Source: a virus (Duplodnaviria; Caudoviricetes). Taken from it: a stretch of 64,000 nucleotides of DNA. The notes under the pieces are model-generated. The model made no database searches. It had not been told where the DNA came from and was given only the letters and a program-made list of their open reading frames with translations. The first letter of the stretch is position 1. Each line of letters starts with the position of its first letter. The stretch lies in the IMG/VR virus record IMGVR_UViG_3300028886_000042; one strand, written 5' to 3'. Below are positions 30,301-38,002 of the stretch, one piece after another. The translations under genes and the position numbers were made by a program.

Positions 30301-32542
30301 AGATAAGATAGTAACTGTTAAACAGAAGAACAATGCCATAAGCGGATATACTGATATTTACGATATTGTATTGACTTATAACTACATACCTTCTTCAGGT
30401 GGTAGTGTAACACCTGTATTGTCATATAAACAGGACATAATATATAAAAACGGAACAAGCGAACAAAAGGAATATACAGGAAGTCAAGCTATTGAACACA
30501 GCCGTTTCTATAGCGTGAATAATTTAGTCAATACTACAACCGGTGTTATAACCAAGGGTACGGTAAATGAATCATCTGTACCTGAAATAGTCGATACTGT
30601 AAGTGTATTAATAGATTTGAACGGTAAAAACGGAAGGCAGGATACTTCTGTCTACCAGTCACCTAATGAGGTTACATACGGTGAAATCGTAATAGACGAA
30701 TTCAGTTATCAGAAATTTGCTCCATACGCAAACAGCTCACTTACGCCTACTGTAAAATACAGACAGAAGGTAACATACAGTGACGGTACTGAGAGATGGC
30801 TTACACCGGAAGAGATGGTTTCTGTAACAGTTACATTCCAGGGGATATCAGTAACAGAAGCAAAACTTGACCGTTATACGGGAGAAGCCACTGTGGTAAA
30901 AGCAAACACTCTTACAACGGAAAGAATTATATTCGATTATATTGACTTAAATATAGTAAATAAAGGTCAGTCAGCAACTCGTAAGGCATATGATATTAAA
31001 CAGCTTGGAAAAATCATTACTTACTACGGTGATATTGTAATAGATAAATTCAAATTTGACGGTAGAATACCTTCAAAGGGTAATACTGCTGCCACTCCTC
31101 TATATGCTATTCTTGAATACAGTCAGGATGTAACATATAGTGACGGTTCTACAGAAAATCTGACAAGTGCAGTAAGTGGTGGTAGTATGGTTTATGACAA
31201 TATCCATTCAAAGGTTCAATTCGCATCTGACCCTGACGGAATACTTGACGGTGACTTCGGAAATGTTGTTAAAACAACACCTAACACATATGATTCTGAT
31301 TTACTTGTTGGTAATATAACCGTTATGATAAAATGTACGGAACCGGGTGCTGTAAATGTTCCTATAGCAACAGATTCTGAACCTGTTTATCAGTTAGCGA
31401 GGGAAATAACAGGTTATGAACCGATACGTATCACTAAGTTCAGATATGATGACATACCGAGTCAGGGCGGTTCTGTATGGCCGGCGTTGGAATATGAAAT
31501 GGACATAAAATATGACAACGGTACTACTGTTACATGGAAGTCAACTGACGTGGATTTCGCAACAAAGAGTTTCATGGATATACCTGAACCAGGAATGTCA
31601 GTACAAATAAATTCTTTAACCGGTGTTATTACGAAGAACACACCTTCTGACAGCAGAGTTCCGATATTGGTTGCAACGGTTAAAGTATCTTTATCCTATA
31701 CAGACGGTACTTACAGTTCATCAGGCGAAAAACGTACATCTGTCAGACAGATTGACAAGATTATAATAGGCTATGGTGAAGTCATAATAACGGACTTTGC
31801 ATATTCACCTGCAAAAGTTTCCGGTAATGGTGGAACCGTTAACCCAACTACACTGTCATATAAGCAGGACGTTTACTATGATGACGGAACAAGTGAAACA
31901 CTTATAAATGAAGTTACATCAGACAAGAATATCCTTTACACATTTGACAAGAACAGTTCCATTGAAGATGTAATTAACTTCGACAGTATAAGCGGCGAAC
32001 TGTCAAAGGCAACAATAAATACGACAGGAAGGCTTCTTGACTTAGGTAATGTTACCGTTGAACTTACCCTTCATGAGAAGGTAGGTACTAAAACACTGCT
32101 TATACAACAGGAAGTCGGTGAAAAGCGCATAGTCGGTTACAGTGACGTAAGAATCAGCAAATTTACATACCCGACGCTGTTAATTGACGGCGGTTCAAAT
32201 ATGCCTCCAACTTACCTCGAATACAGTCAGGACATAATCTACAACTTCGGCCCGAATGAAACAAGGACAAACAAGGAACATAACGGTGCTATGGAACAGG
32301 AGGAAATCCCTGCAAGTGAGATAACAAAGATATTCAGTGCAAACGGAAACGATATAACAATATCGACAGACGGTAAGATTACCAAAACGACGCGCAACAC
32401 TTCAACGAACATGATTGTGGGAGATGCCAACGTCAATATCACAATAAACATGAAGTCATTTGACAAGAGTACAAACATATACCAGTTTACATACAACGGA
32501 CAGATAACACCGCCAGACCCTGATACGCCGGTTAATCCATAA
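24326..32542 (+). CDS. giant baseplate/tail protein with 11 C-terminal Ig-like repeats (2738 aa)
   Basis: IF.TKGTR.SIE segment reminiscent of baseplate wedge proteins; C-terminal ~1300 aa made of ~110-125 aa beta-rich repeats. Confidence 0.7.
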   Translation: MARYSKYHSNYILSRVHQNTKLGKIWLRDWVTIGSQHQIEKGKKPYYSDTNFLFTDNSYPSYHKKHNFGKWVAHWIYDDVKDSKEEANKVKVNTSSNDIRDFAYYGSAVELVKSSVSDIINRFPASISISVDNVTVPDGKGGFTPVDSYKYVDNPFNLDFIHTLSDKEKETNNPDRFLAESYENYLIDGNPITKYEILTRKFVYTSVGGNDYKTTTKYVSDSFTFNKDYTEEIGYTIVPKSLKHGNVELLNNKVEITELSYVKDNVTDDITVKTYNRNTGEVVIDSDTKTLPDISEVEHSVAVKNTVSGYGFRRILNELQYNGTDISVTRNTNWSQDLGEITLNPNFYYYVGDKWIEPIPVLKTVHVTYHTRINPDPLHPEKPLRYLKIEGYDEEFNILPDSKADINEIVEDYTFYGYTQPDTERETADTITIRTAINTNGSTKIGSDKYTFTGNYKFIVWNSTEGTYTGGIKELRVNNKEVYYNQGSNTIAFENDTTGSGIYLGFEGITNNNFTVSFLKEHTNTDFDYSFTVHPCLLLDITDYGKYYFEVNGQRYGFTTTCYKTSDSPYTVNSDLVVSWHGNSLKLIQNGSALVTSTITDETANVLLYKENVTYPVYTFIQCTKDGVPQGCYPLDCKPSNWMPKLSIPVSWDVYVKDCSDCTDGECYVPVLMSKEIQPEGKNENMALYEVTVNDTYKFYGYIKDGEEVILTDNENAVITPKREMVDEFFSNLDGFEKQLLTLDSKPVYSNSFLTPIEGELTYKYVYRDYTWPSKEVIYNTEEQNATEGITYHLIDIGSEVYAEYLSKLLDMAGVFDELWCDNLYKNMTHESIKNFDWTYTREYNEGDEEDNIEGGNRMQKLIRVYGRFFDDIKRNIDGIKFSANNTYDGNNNEPDAEISDRLETSGWDITSVIPDINDNNQGYINKETRILITEEEWSKLDTGEQANYEPAYYDETNLVFLTETEYNDLEEGKERFMKYYPALDLTGVTIDKNFIEGYNLQGEKNKLEWFGSLSSENLTCTKSEIDFMKKLLLCSDRIFNTKGTRQSIEMVMGMFGLTDEKLSEEDEPDYEIEEGYYTTKPISYDDNYENIAEINSSKNYPRQYDDAYSGIPLNDIFIWVKKDDDEDEKELKRYIIPYYTQKRKYDGDFVFESKGGWGKMNNVIETEDEGTKVIEGEYMETMSYLHVVSSFGDLLSLNPNSLNEGDIYYVADISTYSGYVAVLPDNVSHFFHLKEEVTDGDEIISESGIYNPQLPESWENVDINDKEGTVSKKARYLNSLISTNTGNNPHVGYGLYDGGNEYRQYMEKPFKYSLDEYLLPNDMAEEAENIGFELKEEFTRKYNGKVMNLIDTYNTADNSSAEDNNEDEPLKYYLNRKYLKIINKKGKDNEMFKKYFIDVILKFIMQIIPSSSILILENFKSSGKIVEYGDIHITYNYTDKIKWDGSNSIKPVFDYYVDVTYEDGSTGTIRPEDATINFTTTLGQIDNKGVITVSEKNENEEDKDGTATVVVAYKDKTESVDAVFSQSGKKIDSYSDMKITYKYKETGYNIFPPGEVSGQPFIEIEQTFYYTDGTVETVICNTYGEITDYYDSVEYEVIRGADNVDVEDTGFINIHANHNKEIRLAGIVKVTIKKGEEEYSSTAEIWQNGLLVEYGEVTIETFEYDTIPSSGGTVTPKLSWKQDIIYKDKEESPAYTETVTITNDPSATVTYSGDFVTSGKSGVVVKNTPNTSEEETEVGTVTVTIISNGKQNSKPTTLKQEKKDIAGYGNLEITEFTYPQISVKGSEEAVKPTIKVVEYEIYTDGSRVKKEYNSIEEIRAVEGANVEFTDTEGIVEQTDGGVKKETPNLTPDTVIVDSVNVKVTLHDNVITANYLVTQGSRVIESYGNVELLTGIDKIYEIASSASGSSTSPHFEYRQPIVYTDSSTEYEYNNPKALISYTAEGTLIGNSEVDIITGKVTVNEANTNVGEGSREIGRIKINMSCNGKGWDSDKIVTVKQKNNAISGYTDIYDIVLTYNYIPSSGGSVTPVLSYKQDIIYKNGTSEQKEYTGSQAIEHSRFYSVNNLVNTTTGVITKGTVNESSVPEIVDTVSVLIDLNGKNGRQDTSVYQSPNEVTYGEIVIDEFSYQKFAPYANSSLTPTVKYRQKVTYSDGTERWLTPEEMVSVTVTFQGISVTEAKLDRYTGEATVVKANTLTTERIIFDYIDLNIVNKGQSATRKAYDIKQLGKIITYYGDIVIDKFKFDGRIPSKGNTAATPLYAILEYSQDVTYSDGSTENLTSAVSGGSMVYDNIHSKVQFASDPDGILDGDFGNVVKTTPNTYDSDLLVGNITVMIKCTEPGAVNVPIATDSEPVYQLAREITGYEPIRITKFRYDDIPSQGGSVWPALEYEMDIKYDNGTTVTWKSTDVDFATKSFMDIPEPGMSVQINSLTGVITKNTPSDSRVPILVATVKVSLSYTDGTYSSSGEKRTSVRQIDKIIIGYGEVIITDFAYSPAKVSGNGGTVNPTTLSYKQDVYYDDGTSETLINEVTSDKNILYTFDKNSSIEDVINFDSISGELSKATINTTGRLLDLGNVTVELTLHEKVGTKTLLIQQEVGEKRIVGYSDVRISKFTYPTLLIDGGSNMPPTYLEYSQDIIYNFGPNETRTNKEHNGAMEQEEIPASEITKIFSANGNDITISTDGKITKTTRNTSTNMIVGDANVNITINMKSFDKSTNIYQFTYNGQITPPDPDTPVNP
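28598..32500 (+). repeat. 11 tandem ~120-aa protein repeats (Y[GS][DE]..I..F.Y..IPS.GG.V.P.L.Y.Q...Y.DG[TS])
   Basis: Repeat heads read directly from the translation: KIVEYGD, KIDSYSD, LVEYGE, IAGYGN, IESYGN, ISGYTD, VTYGE, ITYYGD, ITGYEP, IIGYGE, IVGYSD. Confidence 0.8.
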
Positions 32543-32555
32543 TCAGTGAAAAATC

Positions 32556-33704
32556 ATGATACACTCTATAACAGTAGACAAAACGAACATAAACTTCCCT
32601 TCATCATGGGATGAGGGGAGCAGTGACAACAGACAGGAATTCACCGTAACTGTTGACCAGATGGAAAATACAGCCGGTGGATTCAGATATGAATTCAAGG
32701 ATAATGAATGGTTCGATGTCACGGTTAACGGAAACACCTTTGTAATAACCGCAAGGGAGAATTTCAATGTATACGGAAGAACCGGCTACATAATACTTCA
32801 CCATAACTGCATACAGGGTGAGGACGGTGAAATAACAGTATATGTTGAACAGGACGGTATTGTCTGTAAGATAGAGAGTTCACAGTCTGAAGTTGTTTTT
32901 TCGTCCGTGCTGAACAACCGTACAGAACCGAACGACGAAGAACCGGCAGAGAAGAAGGAAACTGTTGAAATTGACGTTACCGTTACGGGAGGTGACGGAA
33001 AGTTTTTCATAAAGTCGTTTAAGGAGTACAGGACAGTCTCAAATTCATCCGGTAGTATAAATGTACTTACAGCAAACGATAACGCAGTGAAGGTCGTGAA
33101 AACGGAAAACAGTAAGGTTATACTTACGAGTTACGGAAGGCTGTCAAAGGAAAACGGACGTTATTACGAACTTATTCTTGCACATAACAGCAATCCGAAG
33201 GTTACAGCCTCGATTCTGATAAAGTATGATGAATATAATGTGCTGAATGATATACCGTCTGATGAGGAAAACAGAAGAAGCTTTGCAAGAAAGCGCGGAA
33301 AAGCCATAAGGAGACATATACCTACATTTGAGGAAACCATTATTTCTTCAGGTAATTTCATAGAAAGTGAAATTAACGTAATCGGACTGAATACACCAGT
33401 TGTATCATATACGAAGAACGGACGTAAAAGAACAAGGAAAGCAGATGATAATATACAGTTTACTTCAGAAGGTGGTACTGTTGAATATGCCATAGACATG
33501 AAACCCGAAACGGCAGAGCCTTATGTAAGGCTCAGTTCCGGTTTTGTTTCATACAAGATAAACAAGGGAAGGATAATCCTTACGGCAGAACCTAACACAT
33601 CAGGGGAAAGAAGGCACTGTGTAATGGTTATACGTCATCCTTATAATCTGTTCGTCAATCTGATAAAGGACATATATCAGGACGGAAGTACCGTCAGAGA
33701 TTAA
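32556..33704 (+). CDS. BACON/Ig-like domain protein
   Basis: W..V......F.ITA.EN.....RTG.I...V.V.Q and F...GG......A.PN.SGE.R motifs typical of BACON domains. Confidence 0.65.
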   Translation: MIHSITVDKTNINFPSSWDEGSSDNRQEFTVTVDQMENTAGGFRYEFKDNEWFDVTVNGNTFVITARENFNVYGRTGYIILHHNCIQGEDGEITVYVEQDGIVCKIESSQSEVVFSSVLNNRTEPNDEEPAEKKETVEIDVTVTGGDGKFFIKSFKEYRTVSNSSGSINVLTANDNAVKVVKTENSKVILTSYGRLSKENGRYYELILAHNSNPKVTASILIKYDEYNVLNDIPSDEENRRSFARKRGKAIRRHIPTFEETIISSGNFIESEINVIGLNTPVVSYTKNGRKRTRKADDNIQFTSEGGTVEYAIDMKPETAEPYVRLSSGFVSYKINKGRIILTAEPNTSGERRHCVMVIRHPYNLFVNLIKDIYQDGSTVRD

Positions 33705-34524
33705 TCAGTATTTCCTCATCATTTGATACATCTTCAAATGAATTTATCTCGAACTTATACATTCTGTATTTGTTTTCAACCTCATGCAGTGAGTATTTCA
33801 TTGTTTCAGTGTCCCATATGACAAAGCCGTGACCGGTAGTATTTTCCCCACAGTCATGTTGGAATACGGAACCGGAATACACAATAGGTACGCCGTTTTT
33901 CTTTATCGTCTGAAACTTGTGTATATGTCCTGCCATAACACAGTCACAGTCCTTGAAGTAGTCCGTATTTATGCCCTTTTCGGACATTCTACCCGAATCA
34001 GTGACAGCACCCACTACTTCACCGTGATACAGACCTATTATCCTGCTGTCAGGATATTTTTCCCTAAGTCCTTCCATTTCAGGCTTTGCGAACTTGTCGA
34101 ACATGGAATATAATACCCATACTATGTTGTCATCCACGATATATCCGCTTTTATAGCCGAGTACCTTGTCTGCATATGTTATGTTAGGATATACGCCCTT
34201 TATCGAAAATGTAGGTGATATCGAGTCCATTCTGTCCTGATTGTTCTCAAGCATGTCATGATTACCGGCTATTATTACAGTCGGTGCTATGGCATCAAGG
34301 TAGTTAAGCAGTGTGTGGAACACCTCCTTGGATTCATTGTCAGTTTTAATTTTCTTCTCGAAGATGTCACCAGATACGACAATCCTTACTTCATTTCTGT
34401 CACATCCCTTCACTTCCAACGCTATCTCCCCTGCAAGCTGCTTAATCATTTCATCAAACGGTCTGTCATTTGAAGATGTGTTCGGTATGTGTATATCAGA
34501 TAAATGTATGATTTTCCTTACCAT
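33694..34524 (-). CDS. SbcD/Mre11 (T4 gp47-like) metallophosphoesterase nuclease
   Basis: HLSDIH, GDIF, AGNHD, LYHG, AGHIH, YSGS..Q...GE; start moved to ATG 34524 because a promoter lies at 34545-34575. Confidence 0.88.
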   Translation of the reverse strand: MVRKIIHLSDIHIPNTSSNDRPFDEMIKQLAGEIALEVKGCDRNEVRIVVSGDIFEKKIKTDNESKEVFHTLLNYLDAIAPTVIIAGNHDMLENNQDRMDSISPTFSIKGVYPNITYADKVLGYKSGYIVDDNIVWVLYSMFDKFAKPEMEGLREKYPDSRIIGLYHGEVVGAVTDSGRMSEKGINTDYFKDCDCVMAGHIHKFQTIKKNGVPIVYSGSVFQHDCGENTTGHGFVIWDTETMKYSLHEVENKYRMYKFEINSFEDVSNDEEILINL

Positions 34525-34542
34525 GTAGAAATATGATTTTTC

Positions 34543-34575
34543 TGCAAATATACGTATTTTATACTGACAGTCAAA
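34543..34575 (-). promoter_or_regulatory. Bacteroidetes sigmaA-type promoter for the SbcD-like gene
   Basis: Minus strand: TTTG (34572-34575), 19-nt spacer, TATATTTG (34545-34552), then CA. Confidence 0.75.
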
Positions 34576-34642
34576 ACGAAAACTTGACAAAAACACATAC
34601 AACCACTATTATTTAATAATATATAACATTTTTTAATTCACG

Positions 34643-35407
34643 ATGGAAACTGAAAACGGCAAGATTGTTTTAGGCATAGATATTTCCACAAAGTGCATAG
34701 GCTCTACTATAGCAATGATTGAGGGTGACGGTAACATAAAGGTACTTGAGGTAAGCCACCTTAAACTGAGGGCGCACGGTAAACACGGGCATGATGAGGA
34801 ACTTTTCGTGAAAAGCGAACTGTTCAGGGAAAAACTCAGGACGAAATACAGCAAGTACTACATAAGCGAGGTTATAATAGAGGAACCCCTTATCATGAGC
34901 AACAATTCTGTAACTGTTGCAACACTGATGAGATTCAACGGAATGATTTCACAGCTTGTAAAGGACGTGTTGGGTGTTATACCGAAGTATATTTCTTCCT
35001 ATGATGCGAGGAAGTATGCATTCCCTTCGCTTATGTCGGTAAGGAAGTACAACAAGCACGGGGAGAACTATTCATACGACAAGATACTCAAGTCCATATC
35101 GAAGAATGAACTGGTACTGTTCGGCTCATACCCCTTTGACTGTGCAAAGAAATACATTCTTTGGAATATGGTTTCGGATATATTTCCGGACATAAAATGG
35201 GAATATGATGACAAGAACGAACTTAAGGACGAGAACTTCGATGCAAGCGACAGCCTTATTTGCATCATGGGATATGTGAACAAGTGCAAGTACGGTAATA
35301 CTGAACCGGAAATCATCTGCTGCAACAGTACGGACAGTGAATATATCGAATATACTGTAAAGTTCTGCGGAGATACGTTTACAAAGAGAATAAGTTTCGA
35401 GGAATAA
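34643..35407 (+). CDS. RuvC-like Holliday junction resolvase
   Basis: VLGIDIST..IG, VIIEEP, L..FNG.I and D..D (FDASDS) acidic catalytic pattern. Confidence 0.7.
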   Translation: METENGKIVLGIDISTKCIGSTIAMIEGDGNIKVLEVSHLKLRAHGKHGHDEELFVKSELFREKLRTKYSKYYISEVIIEEPLIMSNNSVTVATLMRFNGMISQLVKDVLGVIPKYISSYDARKYAFPSLMSVRKYNKHGENYSYDKILKSISKNELVLFGSYPFDCAKKYILWNMVSDIFPDIKWEYDDKNELKDENFDASDSLICIMGYVNKCKYGNTEPEIICCNSTDSEYIEYTVKFCGDTFTKRISFEE

Positions 35408-35509
35408 TACTGATTTGTTCTACATATATAAAAGAAAAGGCGGCTTGTATGTTGTATACTTACCACCTTTTCAACATTATTATATATATTGAGAAGAAAA
35501 AGTTACTGT

Positions 35510-37429
35510 TTATGATGCATCTTGTACTGTCCAACCGGAAGGTATTCCGTCTACATTTCTTGGCCAATCGTTCATGGATGCTGCTTTTACGAATGTACCG
35601 GTTAAGGAAGTTTGATATACCCAGTCTTTTGTACAATTAGTTGCTGATATATCAGTTGCAAGACATTTTATGTAGTTCAAATGCCAACAATACCAAAACA
35701 TAGAATTATAACAACCTTGCACTAATGTTGTGGCAGGTAAATCCGGCCCATTGGTTAATTTTTTACAGTTATCGAACATATGTCCATAACAACCTTTCAT
35801 TAATGTTGTGGATGGTAATAACGTACTTGGTATGGTGGTTAAAGCACTGCATTGATAGAACATATTTAAATAACAATAATCTGCTAATGTAGTAGCAGGC
35901 AAATCAGGTACATTAGTTAAACCGGTACAACCACTGAACATACTTTCATAACAATAAGTTGCTAATGTAGTTGCGGGGAGTAACCCACTTGGTATACTTG
36001 TTAAACCTGTACAATTCCTGAACATTTCATAATAACAATTATCTGTTAATGTTGTGGCAGGTAACATATTAGTTGGTATAGATGTTAAACTTGTACAATT
36101 CATAAACATCTGATAATAATCATTTCCATATAAGGTAGTTGCAGGAAGTTCTGGGGCATTTATTAATGACGTACAACCATAGAACATTTGGTAATAACAA
36201 TTTTGCGTTAATGTGGTAGCTGGTAGTAAATCCGTTGGTATACTTGTTAAACCGGTACAACCATAGAACATTTTTAAATAACACCTCATTACTAACGTAG
36301 TAGCAGGTAAATCAGGAACATTTGTTAAACCGGTACAACCATAGAACATTTCTTGATAACACTCCATTGTTAACGTAGTTGCCGGCAGTAAATCCGTTGG
36401 TATACTTGTTAAACCGGTACAACCATAGAACATCTGTGTATAACACTGTTGTTTTGTTGTTGTTGCAGGTAACAGATTGGTCGGTATGGATGTTAAGCCA
36501 TTACAACCATAGAACATACTGCGATAAATTCCGGTTACTAATGTAGTTGTATGTAATAACCCACTTGGTATACTTGTTAAACCCGTACAACCTCTGAACA
36601 TATATGCATAACAATATGAGGGTTCATTACTGTAAGTACCACTAAAATCAGTAGCAGGTAAAAAGTTAGTAGGTATACTTGTTAAGCCCGTACAACCATT
36701 GAACATATATGCATAACAATATTGATATACTTTATCTGCCGGTAATAAATCAGAAGGTATGTTTCTTAAACCGGTACATTGAGAGAACATATAGTAATAA
36801 CAATAAGTTGCTAATCTAGTAGCAGGTAAATTAGGTACATTTGTTAAACCACTGCAACCTCTGAACATAGAATAGTAGCAATCATATGCTAATGTAGTAG
36901 CGGGGAGTAAATCAGAAGGTATAGTTGTTAAACCTGTACAACCTTGGAACATACTGGCATAACAATAACCTGATAATGTAGTAGCCGGTAATAATATGGT
37001 TAATATATCTACCACACCAGTACAGTTTTTGAATAAATTGGCAAATGCGCCGTTCTTTCCTGATAGGCTTGTTTTACCACTGAAATTATTACCAAAAAGT
37101 AATGACATTACATTACCTGATACTTCAAATGTACCATCTGTTGAGGCAAATGTACCAATACCATTATTAGCAACTGTTGTGCTTGATATTGGAGTACATT
37201 CCCCTCTGAACATAATTGTATCACCAGTACTAAGTGAAATATATGTATCATCAGGTAGTTCCTGTGCGGTAGTACCACCATCTAAAGAATACATCAGTTT
37301 ATTCAATGTACCTCCGGTAGGTGTTTTACCCGTAAATTTAACCTGACAAGCACTATTAGCAGTGAATGTCAATGCACCTCGTTCTATATATTCACTACCG
37401 GTATTATCTTCTAACAATCTTCTTCTCAT
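35510..37429 (-). CDS. BspA-like leucine-rich repeat protein (16 repeats of mostly 26/28 aa)
   Basis: LPATTL...CY..MF.GCT.LT.[IV]P repeats; C-terminal cap GIPSGWTV. Confidence 0.9.
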   Translation of the reverse strand: MRRRLLEDNTGSEYIERGALTFTANSACQVKFTGKTPTGGTLNKLMYSLDGGTTAQELPDDTYISLSTGDTIMFRGECTPISSTTVANNGIGTFASTDGTFEVSGNVMSLLFGNNFSGKTSLSGKNGAFANLFKNCTGVVDILTILLPATTLSGYCYASMFQGCTGLTTIPSDLLPATTLAYDCYYSMFRGCSGLTNVPNLPATRLATYCYYYMFSQCTGLRNIPSDLLPADKVYQYCYAYMFNGCTGLTSIPTNFLPATDFSGTYSNEPSYCYAYMFRGCTGLTSIPSGLLHTTTLVTGIYRSMFYGCNGLTSIPTNLLPATTTKQQCYTQMFYGCTGLTSIPTDLLPATTLTMECYQEMFYGCTGLTNVPDLPATTLVMRCYLKMFYGCTGLTSIPTDLLPATTLTQNCYYQMFYGCTSLINAPELPATTLYGNDYYQMFMNCTSLTSIPTNMLPATTLTDNCYYEMFRNCTGLTSIPSGLLPATTLATYCYESMFSGCTGLTNVPDLPATTLADYCYLNMFYQCSALTTIPSTLLPSTTLMKGCYGHMFDNCKKLTNGPDLPATTLVQGCYNSMFWYCWHLNYIKCLATDISATNCTKDWVYQTSLTGTFVKAASMNDWPRNVDGIPSGWTVQDAS

Positions 37430-37440
37430 CGTTTAAACTA

Positions 37441-37477
37441 AGTTTTAATAACAATATTTAATATTGTTATTAAAACT
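37441..37477. repeat. perfect 37-bp palindrome (18-bp arms)
   Basis: agttttaataacaatatt-t-aatattgttattaaaact. Confidence 0.95.
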
Positions 37478-37541
37478 AAAGTACCCGCAAAAATACCTGA
37501 AAAATCCAACAATTTTTTTATTTTCTTTTAACCTTATAAAA

Positions 37542-37575
37542 TTTGTCTCTTTTCCCAAAAAGCAGTATATTTGCA
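37542..37575 (+). promoter_or_regulatory. Bacteroidetes sigmaA-type promoter
   Basis: TTTG 37542-37545, 20-nt spacer, TATATTTG 37566-37573, then CA. Confidence 0.75.
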
Positions 37576-37590
37576 TAAAATTCATTAGAT

Positions 37591-37983
37591 ATGCTGATAG
37601 AGTTGGAGCTGATAGACCGTATATACTACGATATTAAGGATTACTGCGAATCAAAGGGAACTGATATAACGGAATACATTATAAATACCGTTGAGGACAG
37701 GTTCTATATCGACAAATACGGTGATTTGAACGACAAACTGACAAAAAATACAGACAGGTATAAAGTATCTGCCGATGTATCTGACAAGGAGGACAAGGCA
37801 GTTGTAACGGAGATAAAGTTCGAAGAGGAAAACAAGCCTGTAATCATATCACAGACTGAGGTAAAGAAGGAAGAACCTGTTATATCAGCAGAAGAAAAAC
37901 GGTCGGAAAAATCTGAAATAATTCCGACCAAAAAAGAGGTTGAAAAACCGGTGAGAAAGAAACGTACATTAGTAAGTAAATAA
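37591..37983 (+). CDS. hypothetical protein (possible N-terminal ribbon-helix-helix-like region, charged tail)
   Basis: ORF directly after a promoter; the IELEL...IY..IK.YC......ITEYI pattern is only suggestive. Confidence 0.6.
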   Translation: MLIELELIDRIYYDIKDYCESKGTDITEYIINTVEDRFYIDKYGDLNDKLTKNTDRYKVSADVSDKEDKAVVTEIKFEEENKPVIISQTEVKKEEPVISAEEKRSEKSEIIPTKKEVEKPVRKKRTLVSK

Positions 37984-38002
37984 CAGAGAATCAGACATTT
38001 AT

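Noticed and set aside
35510-37429. CRISPR array or diversity-generating retroelement target
   Set aside because: The repeats are in-frame coding LRR units. There are no unique spacers, no reverse transcriptase and no adenine-specific template/variable repeat pair visible in the window.
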